NCBI GenBank assembly: GCA_965223415.1
Contig: OZ245002.1
Coordinates: forward strand, 5,184,001-5,248,000
Source: Myxococcota bacterium
Lineage (GTDB): Bacteria > Myxococcota_A > UBA9160 > UBA6930
Length of the DNA stretch: 64,000 nucleotides
Reading direction: 5' to 3'
Shown here one piece after another: positions 1 to 9,411 of the stretch (the first letter of the stretch is position 1; the number at the start of each line of letters is the position of its first letter). The notes below the pieces were generated by a model. The model was given only the letters and a program-made list of their open reading frames with translations, was not told the DNA's origin and did not search any database. Both the position numbers and the translations under genes were made by a program.

Positions 1-864
1 CACCTCGGTGAGATCGCCGAAGATGCGGCCGCCCTCTGCATCCCAGCGAAAGCTCACCAGCCATTCGTTGCGCCGGCTGTCGAAGCCCACCCGCGCGTCC
101 GAGAGCCGCTCGCCGGTGATGTCGGCGTTCTCGGGCACGAGGTAGGCGTTCAGGACGCGGTCCGTCTCCCGGTCCTTCTCGAAGGTGATCGTGGTGCCGG
201 TCGGCAGCCCCGCCTCGTACTTGGCCCGCAGCAGCTCCTCGGTGGGCGCCGCGTCCTGCACGATCTTGAACTCGAGAAAGCCGGTGGTGCGGAAGATGTC
301 CGGCACCCGGTCCATGCCCGGAATCTGGATCAAGATGCGGTCGGTTCCCTGCTTGGTGATGACCGATTCCGGGATCCCGGTCTGGGGATCGTCGATGCGC
401 CGGCGGAGCACCTCCAGGGCCTGGGACATGGCGTTCTGCCGCACCAGGTCGGCGGTCTCGGCAGTGAGGGTGAGGACGAACTCGGTCTCGTCCGGCCGGG
501 CGATGTCCACCACCTCCCACTCGTCCAGGATCTTCTGCACCGCCTCCGCATCCGACGGTCCGGCGGGCTGCACCCGGAGCTGCTTGTCGGTCACGAGGAG
601 CCGGACGCCGCTGACCGAGTCGTCCTCCAGCTCGCTCTCCAGCCCGCTGCTCAGGGACTCGAGCTCCTGGTCGAGGGCGACCTCCAGGTCCGGCGAGATC
701 ACCATGTGGATGCCGCCGCGCAGGTCGAGGCCCATGCGGATGCCGTCGTCGGGAAGCCACCAGGCCGCCTTGCGCTGCTCCTCCTCGAAGAAGCCGCCGA
801 CCGCGATCCACCCGAACAGGAGGACCAGGCCCAGCACGGCCCCCAGGCGCCACCGCAGATTCAT
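1..864 (-). CDS. secD: Protein translocase subunit SecD (5' part; runs off window)
   Basis: Manual translation from ATG at 864: MNLRWRLGAVLGLVLLFGW...GLDLRGGIH...EVLRRRID...ILIQIPG...GFLEFK. GLDLxGG and RRID are SecD motifs. ATGA overlap with the yajC stop. Confidence 0.93.
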   Translation of the reverse strand, partial: MNLRWRLGAVLGLVLLFGWIAVGGFFEEEQRKAAWWLPDDGIRMGLDLRGGIHMVISPDLEVALDQELESLSSGLESELEDDSVSGVRLLVTDKQLRVQPAGPSDAEAVQKILDEWEVVDIARPDETEFVLTLTAETADLVRQNAMSQALEVLRRRIDDPQTGIPESVITKQGTDRILIQIPGMDRVPDIFRTTGFLEFKIVQDAAPTEELLRAKYEAGLPTGTTITFEKDRETDRVLNAYLVPENADITGERLSDARVGFDSRRNEWLVSFRWDAEGGRIFGDLTEV

Positions 865-1181
865 TCCGCCGATCCCTTCTTCTCGACCTTCCGCTCCACG
901 CGGGCGCGGTCGACCTTGACCTTGAGCTGGCCCTTCTGGGCCCCGACGTCCAGGGTGAGGACCTCGTCGGAGCTGCCCACCACCTCGCCGTGGAGACCGC
1001 CGGTCGTGACGACCCGGTCGCCCTTCTGGATCGACTCGAGCATCGCGTCGTGCTCCTTCTGGCGCTTCGTCTGCGGCCGGATCATCAGGAAGTAGAAGAT
1101 GAGGAAGAGCGCCCCGATGAACATGAAGTCGCCGGCGTCCCAGCCGGGGCCGGCCTGGAGGAGCAGGGGCGCGATACCCAC
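861..1181 (-). CDS. yajC: Preprotein translocase subunit YajC
   Basis: C-terminal part of ORF 861..2432: FYFLMIRPQTKRQKEH...KGDRVVTTGGLHG. GTG start inferred at 1181; lies upstream of secD. Confidence 0.92.
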   Translation of the reverse strand: MGIAPLLLQAGPGWDAGDFMFIGALFLIFYFLMIRPQTKRQKEHDAMLESIQKGDRVVTTGGLHGEVVGSSDEVLTLDVGAQKGQLKVKVDRARVERKVEKKGSAE

Positions 1182-1183
1182 GG

Positions 1184-2338
1184 CTAGGCGTCTCGCCGGA
1201 TGGCGTCGGCCTTCGCCGTGGACTCCCAGGGGAAGCCCTCGCGCCCGAAATGGCCGTGGTAGGAGGTCGGCCGGTAGATCGGGGTCCGCAGGCCGAGGGA
1301 ATCGATGATGCCCGCCGGGGTGAGGTCGAAGTGCTTGCGCACGAGCCGCTCGAGCTCCACCCGGTCGGCATCGCCGGTGCCGAAGGTGTCGACCCGCACC
1401 GAGACCGGCTCCGCCACGCCGATGGCATAGGCGAGCTGCACCTCGCAGCGCGTCGCGACGCCCGCCGCCACCAGGTTCTTCGCCACCCAGCGGGCTGCGT
1501 AAGCGGCGCTGCGGTCGACCTTGCTCGGGTCCTTGCCCGAGAACGCCCCGCCGCCGTGGCGGCCCATGCCGCCGTAGGTGTCGACGATGATCTTGCGGCC
1601 GGTCAGGCCCGCGTCGCCCATCGGGCCGCCGACCACGAAGCGCCCGGTGGGGTTGATGTGGAAGACGGTGTCGTCGTCGACGAGCTCCGCCGGGAGAGTC
1701 GGGCGGATCACCTGCTCGATGATGTCGCTGCGGATGCGGTCGTAGGTGGCCTCGGGGGCGTGCTGGGTGGAGAGCACGACCGCCGAGATGTGGACCGGCT
1801 GGTCCCCGTCGTACTCGATCGACACCTGGCTCTTGGCATCGGGGCGCAGGTAGTCGATCTCGCCGCTCTCGAGCTGGCCCCGGTGGGCCTCGATCAGCTT
1901 GTGGGCGTAGAGGATCGGCATGGGCATGAGCTCGGGGGTCTCGGTGCAGGCGAAGCCGAACATCATCCCCTGGTCGCCGGCGCCCTGCTCCTTGTGCAGG
2001 CCTTCGCCTTCCGAGACGCCCTGGGAGATGTCCGGGGACTGCTGACCCAGGGCGATCTGCACCGCGCAGGTCGAGGCGTCGAAGCCCATCTCGGAGCTCG
2101 TGTAGCCGATGTCGTGGACGACGCTGCGGATCAGCGGCCCGAGCTCTACCCGGGCCTTGGTCGTCACCTCGCCGGCGATCATCACCAGGCCCGTGGTGGT
2201 GAGGGTCTCGCAGGCGACCCGGGAGTGCGGATCCTGGGCCAGCATGGCGTCGAGCACCGCGTCGGAGACCTGATCGCAGAGCTTGTCCGGGTGGCCCATC
2301 GAGACGGACTCGGACGTGAAGACGGAGCGGGCAGCCAT
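1184..2338 (-). CDS. metK: S-adenosylmethionine synthetase
   Basis: [19 protein letters not shown] and GGGAFSGKD signatures. Confidence 0.98.
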   Translation of the reverse strand: MAARSVFTSESVSMGHPDKLCDQVSDAVLDAMLAQDPHSRVACETLTTTGLVMIAGEVTTKARVELGPLIRSVVHDIGYTSSEMGFDASTCAVQIALGQQSPDISQGVSEGEGLHKEQGAGDQGMMFGFACTETPELMPMPILYAHKLIEAHRGQLESGEIDYLRPDAKSQVSIEYDGDQPVHISAVVLSTQHAPEATYDRIRSDIIEQVIRPTLPAELVDDDTVFHINPTGRFVVGGPMGDAGLTGRKIIVDTYGGMGRHGGGAFSGKDPSKVDRSAAYAARWVAKNLVAAGVATRCEVQLAYAIGVAEPVSVRVDTFGTGDADRVELERLVRKHFDLTPAGIIDSLGLRTPIYRPTSYHGHFGREGFPWESTAKADAIRRDA

Positions 2339-2501
2339 CGGGTGTTCTCCTCGGAGGGCGCCCGGGAAGGGGGGCGGGCGGCGGCTTCGGGTGGCGGGCG
2401 CGGAGGGTAGGAGACGGGCCCTGGATGGGCAATGAAAACGGGGGGTTCCGGGGGTGGGGGGCTTTCTGCGGGGTGTCTCTTGCGGGGGACCGGGACGGGG
2501 C

Positions 2502-2682
2502 CGGGTGGCGGTGCTTGCGCTGGTCTCCTTGGCACCCGGGTGTGCGAGACAGGGCCCTTCCTTGCTCGAGAGTCGGCTCCGGGGATGCTTGGAGCTCCAG
2601 GGCCTTGGGCGCCCCTGGCGGGGCGTTCGGGCACCTGGGGCCGTTGGGCGGGATCCGTCGCTCGCTTCAGCACCGCCACCCG
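2502..2682. repeat. 14-bp perfect inverted repeat bounding a ~150-bp intergenic segment
   Basis: CGGGTGGCGGTGCT (2502-2515) and AGCACCGCCACCCG (2669-2682) in the ptsH-metK gap. Confidence 0.7.
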
Positions 2683-2789
2683 TCCCAGGCTCGCGTGCCG
2701 ATTCGAGGTGGGCGCGGTGGTAGGTGGCGTCCCACCACGGCCCGGGGTGGCGGGAGGGTGGAGCCGGTGCGTGGGGTGGGGAGCGGTGA

Positions 2790-3068
2790 TCAGGTGCCGG
2801 AGGTTTCGGGGCGTTCGATGAGGGCGCCCAGGGCGGTGAGGGCCTGTTCGGCGTCGGGGCCGGTGGCGCGGAGGCGGAGGGTGGTGCCGCGGGAGGCGGC
2901 GAGGCTCAGCAGGGAGAGGACCGAGCGTCCGCTCACCCACTCGCCGCCCCGGGAGACCTCGATCTCGGCCTCGAAGCGGCCGGCCAGGTTCGCGAACTCG
3001 CCGGCCGGGCGGGCGTGGAGGCCGAGCTCGCTGGCTACCACGAACTTCTTCTCGATCGGCTCGCTCAT
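2790..3068 (-). CDS. ptsH: HPr/NPr phosphocarrier protein
   Basis: GLHARPA (His15 motif) and [10 protein letters not shown] (Ser46 motif); 92 aa. Confidence 0.95.
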   Translation of the reverse strand: MSEPIEKKFVVASELGLHARPAGEFANLAGRFEAEIEVSRGGEWVSGRSVLSLLSLAASRGTTLRLRATGPDAEQALTALGALIERPETSGT

Positions 3069-3490
3069 CCGCTGGTGTCCGAAGAGCCCCGCTCCGGGAG
3101 CAGCTCACTCGCGACCTTGATGTCGCGCTGGCCGTAGTCCCGGATCTTTCGTGCGAGTTGTTCCAGGGGCGGCGCGTCGCTCCAGGTGGCGAGCTTGATC
3201 AGCATGGGCAGGTTCACGCCGCTCACCACCTCGACCCGGTGCTCGTCCAGGAAGGAGAGGCTCATGTTCGAGGGCGTGCCCCCGAACATGTCCGTCAGGA
3301 TGAGGACGCCCTCCCCCTGATCGACGGTCTCCATGCGCTCGGAGATGGCGGCGCGCATCTCGTCCACCGTCTGCTTGGGATCGATGCTCACCGCCTGGAA
3401 CGGGGGCGCTTCCGGAACGATCAGGCGCAGGGCCTGGAGCATCTCCTCGCCGAGCCGATAGTGCGAGACGATCAGGACACCGGTGTTCAC
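3065..3490 (-). CDS. PTS EIIA component, mannose/fructose family
   Basis: GVLIVSH, LILTDMFGGTPSN and GVNLPML motifs. Confidence 0.93.
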   Translation of the reverse strand: MNTGVLIVSHYRLGEEMLQALRLIVPEAPPFQAVSIDPKQTVDEMRAAISERMETVDQGEGVLILTDMFGGTPSNMSLSFLDEHRVEVVSGVNLPMLIKLATWSDAPPLEQLARKIRDYGQRDIKVASELLPERGSSDTSG

Positions 3491-3541
3491 GTCAGCTTCT
3501 CCACTTCGGTCGGAATCGCCGCCTCACGTCAGCTTCTCCAC
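3487..3541. repeat. 18-bp exact direct repeat at the rapZ/EIIA junction
   Basis: TCACGTCAGCTTCTCCAC at 3487-3504 and 3524-3541. Confidence 0.85.
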
Positions 3542-4393
3542 GTCACGGTGGGTGACGTTCACTTCGCGCCCCAGCTCGTCGAGCCAGCCGCGGACGGCCT
3601 CGACGATCGCCACCGAACGGTGCCGGCCGCCGGTGCAGCCGATGCCAACGGTGAGATAGGCCTTGCCCTCGTCGTCGTAGCACGGGAGCAGGAACTCCAG
3701 GAGCTTGTGGAGGTGCCCCAGCAGGGCCTGGGTGCGCCCGTCCTTCATCACGTAGGCGGCCACCGCCGGGTCGCGGCCGGTCCCCGGGCGCAGGGCAGGC
3801 TCGAAGTGGGGATTCGGCAGGAAGCGCACGTCGAAGAGCAGCTCCGCCGCGGTCGGGACGCCGTAGCGGAAGCCGAAGGAGGTGAGGTTGACGATGGTCT
3901 GGCGGGTGTGGCCGGCCACCGAGCTCACCACCGTCTCGCGCAGCTCGTGCACGTTCAGGTCGCTGGTGTCGATGGTGACGTCCGCCAGGCTGGAGACGTC
4001 CGTTAGGAGCTCGCGCTCGGTCTGGATGCCCGCCTCCACGGAGCCGTCGGGTGCCAGCGGGTGGACGCGGCGGGTCTCCCGGTAGCGGTTCACCAGCACG
4101 TCGTTGGCGCACTCGAGGAAGACCACCGTGACGGCCGCGCCGGAGCGGCGGAGATCTTCCACCACCGCCGGAATGCCGCGCAGGAAGGCGCTCTCGCGGG
4201 CGTCGATGGCGAGGGCCACCTTCGTGATCGGCGGCGTGGAGCCGGCGCACAGGTCGAGGAACTGGGGCGTGAGCGGCGCCGGCAGGTTGTCGACGCAGTA
4301 GAACGACAGGTCCTCGAGGGCCGCCATCGCGGTGCTCTTGCCGCTGCCCGAGAGGCCGCTGACGAAGATCACCCTCTGGTCCGCCGCGTTCAT
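3524..4393 (-). CDS. rapZ: RNase adapter RapZ (YvcJ/YhbJ family P-loop protein)
   Basis: SGLSGSGKS Walker A, YCVDNLP, DVRFLPNPH, GCTGGRHRSV. Confidence 0.96.
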   Translation of the reverse strand: MNAADQRVIFVSGLSGSGKSTAMAALEDLSFYCVDNLPAPLTPQFLDLCAGSTPPITKVALAIDARESAFLRGIPAVVEDLRRSGAAVTVVFLECANDVLVNRYRETRRVHPLAPDGSVEAGIQTERELLTDVSSLADVTIDTSDLNVHELRETVVSSVAGHTRQTIVNLTSFGFRYGVPTAAELLFDVRFLPNPHFEPALRPGTGRDPAVAAYVMKDGRTQALLGHLHKLLEFLLPCYDDEGKAYLTVGIGCTGGRHRSVAIVEAVRGWLDELGREVNVTHRDVEKLT

Positions 4394-4941
4394 CCCCGGG
4401 TCCCCGATCGGAAACGCTCGTCCAAGCGCTCGGCCGCGCTGCCGTGGAGGCCGCGCTGGAGGTGATCGCGCACGGCCACCTCCACGAGGGTGGCCATGTT
4501 GCCCGACGGGCGCACCGGGAGGATGACCGCCGGGAGCTCGACCCCGGCCACCTCCTCCCGCGGCCGGTCGTGGCCGATCCGCTCGTACGCCTGGCCCTCC
4601 TGCCAGTGCTCCATCCGGCAGACCAGCTCGACGCGAGTCCGATCCTGCACCGCCCGCTCGCCGAACAGCTCGGGGACGTAGAGCAGCCCGATGCCCCGGA
4701 TCTCCATGTGGTGGCGGATCAGGTCCGGCGCCTGGCCGAGCAGCGTGCCGTCGCCCTGGGCGACGATCTCGACCACATCGTCGGCCACGAGGCGGTGGCC
4801 ACGGTGGACCAGCTCGAGGGCGGTCTCGCTCTTGCCCACGCCGCTCTTGCCCTGGATCAGCGCACCCACGCCCAGCACCTGGACCAGCGCTGCATGGATC
4901 CGCACCGGCGCCCCCCCGCCCCCGGTGCCCGGCCCGGTCAT
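4390..4941 (-). CDS. hprK: HPr kinase/phosphorylase, short form (C-terminal catalytic domain only)
   Basis: GKSGVGKSETALEL, LVADD, MEIRGIG. Likely ATG at 4941; no room for the N-terminal domain before ptsN. Confidence 0.85.
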   Translation of the reverse strand: MTGPGTGGGGAPVRIHAALVQVLGVGALIQGKSGVGKSETALELVHRGHRLVADDVVEIVAQGDGTLLGQAPDLIRHHMEIRGIGLLYVPELFGERAVQDRTRVELVCRMEHWQEGQAYERIGHDRPREEVAGVELPAVILPVRPSGNMATLVEVAVRDHLQRGLHGSAAERLDERFRSGTRG

Positions 4942-4978
4942 CCGGCGCCCGCTGCGGCCGGCCGGCGGCCTGCCACGG

Positions 4979-5440
4979 TCAGAACTTCCCGTCCTCTTCC
5001 TCGATCGCCTGGAGGACATCCTCCAGGGTCGAGGCCTCCTCCAGGGCCTTGCGGAACGAAGCGTCCCGGAAGAACCGCGAGATCCGGGCCAGGGCCTTCA
5101 GGTGCTGGCCGCCGGAGTGCTCCGGGACGACCAGCAGGAAGAACAGGTGGGTCTTCTGGCCATCGATGGAGTCGAAGTCCACGCCGGCCTTGCTGCGGGC
5201 GAAGGAGGCGACCAGCCGGGAGAGCCCGGCCAGCTTGCCGTGGGGGATGGCCACGCCGTCGCCGATTCCGGTGCTCTGGAGCTTCTCGCGCTCGACCAGG
5301 ACCTGGAGCAGCCGGTCCGGGTCGAGATCCCGCTCCGCAGCAGCCAGCCTCCCGGCCAGCTCCCGCAGGACCTCTTCCTTCTCCTGTGCTGCGATATCCA
5401 GGATCACGGCGTCCCTGGCGAGGATGTCCATGATCTTCAT
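4979..5440 (-). CDS. ptsN: PTS EIIA(Ntr)-type nitrogen regulatory protein
   Basis: EREKLQSTGIGDGVAIPHGK, HLKALARISR; follows rpoN. Confidence 0.93.
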   Translation of the reverse strand: MKIMDILARDAVILDIAAQEKEEVLRELAGRLAAAERDLDPDRLLQVLVEREKLQSTGIGDGVAIPHGKLAGLSRLVASFARSKAGVDFDSIDGQKTHLFFLLVVPEHSGGQHLKALARISRFFRDASFRKALEEASTLEDVLQAIEEEDGKF

Positions 5441-5471
5441 GAGGGTCCCCCGGGCGGCAGCGCCGCCGAAG

Positions 5472-6932
5472 CTAGCCGACCTGCCTTCGTCGCGTCGAGG
5501 AGAGGATATTCATGGATTCCCGGTACTTCGTCACGGTGCGCCGGGCGATGTCGATATTGGCGGTCTTGAGCATCTCGGCGATCCGCTGGTCCGAGAGCGG
5601 GCGCCGGCCGTCCTCGTTGGCGATGATCTTGCGGATCTTCTCCTTCACGCTCTCGCTGGCGATCGCCTCGCCTTGCACCCGGTTGATGCTCGAGTTGAAG
5701 AAGTACTTGAGCTCGAAGATGCCCTGGGGCGTGTGGCAGTACTTGTTCGTGGTGACGCGGCTGACCGTGGACTCGTGCATGCCGATGTCGTCGGCCACGT
5801 CCCGCAGGTTCAGCGGCTTGAGGTAGGCGATGCCCTGCTCGAAGAACTCCCGCTGGTGACGGATGATGCTCTCCATCACCTTGTAGATCGTGCGCTGACG
5901 CTGGTGGATCGACTTGATCAGCCACATGGCCGCCCGGACCTTCTCCTGGACGTAGTCCCGGGTGTCCTTCTCGACGGAGCGGTCCTTCGCGAGCACGTCG
6001 CGGTAGAGGCTGTTGATCTTGAGCTTGGGTAACCCGTCCTCGTTCAGCACGATGTGGAACTCGTCACCGACCTTGTAGACGTAGATGTCCGGCGTGATGT
6101 AGATCGGCTCGTCGCCGCCGTAGGCCCGGCCGGGGCGCGGCTCGAGCTGGGCCACGACGTTCGCGGCGGCGGCCACCTCCTCGAGGGTGACCGAGAGCTC
6201 CCGGGCGACGCGGCGGAAGTCGCGCTTCTGGAGCGCATCGAGGTACTCGTCGATCAGGGTGCGGACCAGCGGATCCTTGATGCCCAGGGGAGCGAGCTGG
6301 TTCTGCAGGCACTCGCGAAGGTCCCGGGCGGCGACGCCCGGCGGGTCCAGGCGCTGCACCCGGGCCAGGGCCCGCTCCACGTCCTTCTCGTCCACGCCGG
6401 ACTGACGGGCGATCTCCTCGACGGTGGCGCGCAGGAAGCCGTTATCGTCCAGGTTCCCCAGGATCCAGCCCGCAGCGACCTTCTCCTCCTCCGGGAGGTC
6501 CGAGAGCGAGATCTGCCACTCCAGGTGGTCCTGGAGGGTTTCGCGCTTCGTGAGCGTCGCTTCGAAGCCGGGGCGCTCGTCGTCGTTCCGAATCACCGCG
6601 GAGCCCATGCCCGTCTGGGGGTAGGCGTCCATGTAGTTCTGCCAGTCGATGTCCGCGATCTTGTCGACGTCGGACGCCTCGCGGGGCTCGGTCGTGTCGG
6701 ACGACGCGTCGGCGGCCGCGGTCTCCGGCGCCTCTTCCTCCCGGCCGACCTCCTTGGGGAGCTCCTCGTCCACCTCGAGCACCTCGAGAACCGGGTTCTC
6801 CTGGAGCTCCTGGTGGACGGTCTGTTCGAGCTCGAGCCGCGAGAGCTGGAGCAGCTTGATCGCCTGCTGCAGCTGGGGCGTCATCACCAGCTGCTGGGAC
6901 AGCTTCAGCTGCTGCTTGAGCTCGATCGCCAT
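5472..6932 (-). CDS. rpoN: RNA polymerase sigma-54 factor
   Basis: Q/L-rich region I (MTPQLQQAIKLLQL), HESTVSR, RpoN box ARRTVTKYR. Confidence 0.98.
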   Translation of the reverse strand: MAIELKQQLKLSQQLVMTPQLQQAIKLLQLSRLELEQTVHQELQENPVLEVLEVDEELPKEVGREEEAPETAAADASSDTTEPREASDVDKIADIDWQNYMDAYPQTGMGSAVIRNDDERPGFEATLTKRETLQDHLEWQISLSDLPEEEKVAAGWILGNLDDNGFLRATVEEIARQSGVDEKDVERALARVQRLDPPGVAARDLRECLQNQLAPLGIKDPLVRTLIDEYLDALQKRDFRRVARELSVTLEEVAAAANVVAQLEPRPGRAYGGDEPIYITPDIYVYKVGDEFHIVLNEDGLPKLKINSLYRDVLAKDRSVEKDTRDYVQEKVRAAMWLIKSIHQRQRTIYKVMESIIRHQREFFEQGIAYLKPLNLRDVADDIGMHESTVSRVTTNKYCHTPQGIFELKYFFNSSINRVQGEAIASESVKEKIRKIIANEDGRRPLSDQRIAEMLKTANIDIARRTVTKYRESMNILSSTRRRQVG

Positions 6933-6954
6933 GGGTTCGGGGCCGTTCTCACGC

Positions 6955-7686
6955 CTATCCGAGCTGGAAGTTCTCGCCCAGGTAGATCTCGCGGACCTTC
7001 GGGTCCCCCGCGATCTCCTCGGGCGTGCCGTGCCGGATGATCCGGCCGTCCTTGATGATGTAGGCCCGGTCGCAGATCTCGAGGGTCTCGCGGACCTTGT
7101 GCTCGGTGATCACGATGCCGATGCCTCGGAGCTTGAGCTGCTCGACGATCTTCTGGATGTCGATCACGGCGATCGGGTCGATGCCGGTGAACGGCTCGTC
7201 CAGCAGCAGGTATTTGGGATCCAGGACCAGGGCGCGGGCGATCTCGACCCGGCGGCGCTCGCCGCCGGAGAGCGAGTCCGCTCGCTGTCCGGCCTTATCG
7301 GCGATTCCGAGCTCGGACAGCAGCTGTTCCAGGCGCTCCCGGCGCCGCCGGCCGTCGGGCTCCACGGTCTCGAGGATGGCGTTGACGTTGTCGGCCACCG
7401 AGAGCTTGCGAAAGACCGAGGGTTCCTGGGGCAGATACACCACGCCGAGCCGCGCCCGCTGGAACATGGGCAGGTCGGTCACGTCCCGGTCCCCGAGGAT
7501 CACCCGCCCGGCCGTGGGCCGGATCCCGCCGACGATCATGTTGAAGGTCGTGGTCTTGCCGGCGCCGTTCGGGCCCAGGAGGCCCACGATCTCTCCCGGG
7601 TGCACCTCCAGGTCCAGTCCGTCGACGACGTTGCGTTCGCCGTAGCGCTTGGTGATGCCCTCGGTCGTGATCTGGGCCGGGTTCAT
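6955..7686 (-). CDS. lptB: LPS export ABC transporter ATP-binding protein
   Basis: GPNGAGKTT, YLPQEPSVFRKL, LSGGERRRVEIAR, LLDEPF; immediately upstream of rpoN. Confidence 0.97.
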   Translation of the reverse strand: MNPAQITTEGITKRYGERNVVDGLDLEVHPGEIVGLLGPNGAGKTTTFNMIVGGIRPTAGRVILGDRDVTDLPMFQRARLGVVYLPQEPSVFRKLSVADNVNAILETVEPDGRRRRERLEQLLSELGIADKAGQRADSLSGGERRRVEIARALVLDPKYLLLDEPFTGIDPIAVIDIQKIVEQLKLRGIGIVITEHKVRETLEICDRAYIIKDGRIIRHGTPEEIAGDPKVREIYLGENFQLG

Positions 7687-8684
7687 CGGCCGGCTCCCGC
7701 TCCCGCCGCGGCGCCCGCAGCCGGCGGCGTGCCGCAGCCCGGCTCGTCCGGCCGGATGCGCACGTCCGCCGCGCCTTCCACGTTCATCACCTCGGTATCC
7801 AGGTGGAAGATGATCGTCTCGCCGCGGACCTCGTCACAGCCTTGCTCGAGGCGGGCGAGGGTGCCGGTGCACTCGACCCGCTGATCCGCCCGGAAGAAAA
7901 TGGCCTGCTTGCAGTAGGCCACCCGGTCCTCCTGCTCGAGGCGGACCCGACCGGTGGCGATCATGCGATCCGGCGAGCTCCGGCCGGGCGGGTAGAACGC
8001 CACCATCTTGCGGGAGGTCACGATCAGGTCGTCCTGCACGGCGCGGACGTTGCCCCGGAACACGAACTTGCGGCTGTCGCCCTCGCTGAGCGACTCGAGC
8101 TGATCGGCCTTGATCGAGATCGGCGCGTTGTCGTCGTAGCGACCGCCACTCGAGGGCGCGGCCTTGGGGGCGGGCGCGCTCACGGAAGGCGTGCGGCTCG
8201 CCACCTGCGGGGCCTGGGCGCCGTCCCCGACCCGCTCGACGACCTGGTCGGCGAGCGCCTCGATGGCGCGGCCCAGGTCCTCCACCCGCGTCACCTCTTC
8301 GACGAGGGGCGCGCCCAGCAGGCCGCCGCGGGCATCGTAGAGGCGCGCGTCCACCGAGAGGGAACGGCCGAGGCGGGTCGTCTTGCCGACCACCACCGCG
8401 CCCACGCCGGCTCCTTCGGCCCAGCCGGCCAGGTCCTTCGCGGACGGATCGGGATTCGGCGCCGCTCCCATCTCCGACGGCCCGACCACCTTCTGGACGC
8501 CCCGGGTGCCGAGGCGTTGGGCCAGGCGCGTCGCGACGTCGGGCACCACCTGCCCGCGAGCGGCGACGCGCTCGAAGGGCGCCACACCGATCGCCACCTC
8601 GGCCGAGGCCGTGGCGCCCAGGCCGACCGACACCAGGAGAGCTGTGGCGAGCACCACCGAGCCGCGCAGTCCGTTTCGGTTCAT
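7683..8684 (-). CDS. lptA: LptA/OstA-family periplasmic protein with an extra N-terminal alpha/beta domain
   Basis: Signal peptide; C-terminal PISIKADQLE...FRGNVRAVQ...ATGRVRLEQ...GETIIF beta-jellyroll pattern; lies between lptC and lptB. Confidence 0.8.
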   Translation of the reverse strand: MNRNGLRGSVVLATALLVSVGLGATASAEVAIGVAPFERVAARGQVVPDVATRLAQRLGTRGVQKVVGPSEMGAAPNPDPSAKDLAGWAEGAGVGAVVVGKTTRLGRSLSVDARLYDARGGLLGAPLVEEVTRVEDLGRAIEALADQVVERVGDGAQAPQVASRTPSVSAPAPKAAPSSGGRYDDNAPISIKADQLESLSEGDSRKFVFRGNVRAVQDDLIVTSRKMVAFYPPGRSSPDRMIATGRVRLEQEDRVAYCKQAIFFRADQRVECTGTLARLEQGCDEVRGETIIFHLDTEVMNVEGAADVRIRPDEPGCGTPPAAGAAAGAGAGR

Positions 8685-8724
8685 CGTTTCCCGTCCTTGT
8701 TGCAGGGCCCCGGCCGAGTCGCGC

Positions 8725-9321
8725 CTATTGGGCGACCACCGAGGCTCCGCCGGAGAGCTTGAAGCGATTCTCGCGGATCCAGTACCGGAAGCCGCCGCCT
8801 CGGTAGGTCCCCGCGCGGTCCCGGATCGAGACCGGTGCGTCGGTCACGACCAGGCCCTTGGCGTGGTCGTAGCTCAGGTGGGTGGTGCGGAAGCGCCGGC
8901 CGTCGCCGGTGGTGCCCCGCACGTCGCCCTCGGCCACGAAGTTGCCGCTGTCGAGATCGACGGTGCCCGTGTCGCAGGTCATGTCGAGACCGCCCCGGCC
9001 CCGGGGACCGTCGACGAACGAGGCGAGCACCGCGTGCACGCCCTCCAGGTGGGCGACGTCCTGCTCCGGCCGGATGTCAGCCGTCTCGGCGTCGAGCACC
9101 ATCTCGTTGAAGTCGCTGTGGCTCGACACGTAGGTCATGCCGGAGAGGGCGAGGGAGCGCTCCTGCTCGTCGGCGTCCTCGTCGGCGGCGGCGGGCAGCG
9201 CGGCGGCGACGAGGGTGAGGGCGCACAACGCCCATAACACGGGCAGGAGAGGTCGGGCCCCGGCCGCAGCTCGTCTTGCGGGCCCCTCGTCGAGCCGCTT
9301 TCCCCGCCCCTCGGCACTCAA
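8725..9321 (-). CDS. lptC: LPS export protein LptC
   Basis: Hydrophobic N-terminal segment then LptC-like repeats (GDVRGTT, TTHLSYD, TDAPVSI, GGGFRY). TTG start supported by TATGAT 9 nt upstream. Confidence 0.75.
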   Translation of the reverse strand: MSAEGRGKRLDEGPARRAAAGARPLLPVLWALCALTLVAAALPAAADEDADEQERSLALSGMTYVSSHSDFNEMVLDAETADIRPEQDVAHLEGVHAVLASFVDGPRGRGGLDMTCDTGTVDLDSGNFVAEGDVRGTTGDGRRFRTTHLSYDHAKGLVVTDAPVSIRDRAGTYRGGGFRYWIRENRFKLSGGASVVAQ

Positions 9322-9411
9322 GATGCAAGGATCATACCCACGGGGAGCGCGCCGGCAACCGGGGCGGATGAGCGCTGTGTGAAGGCCCGCCGTGGTCGGC
9401 GAGCCCCGCGA

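Noticed and set aside
861..2432. 523-aa ORF as one protein
   Set aside because: Only the last ~106 codons (yajC) are real; the rest is an alternative frame over metK.
2339..2789. SAM-I riboswitch upstream of metK
   Set aside because: A GGTGCCAA is present on the minus strand, but I could not find the AUC-AGAG, kink-turn or GCAACC core; not supportable without a covariance search.
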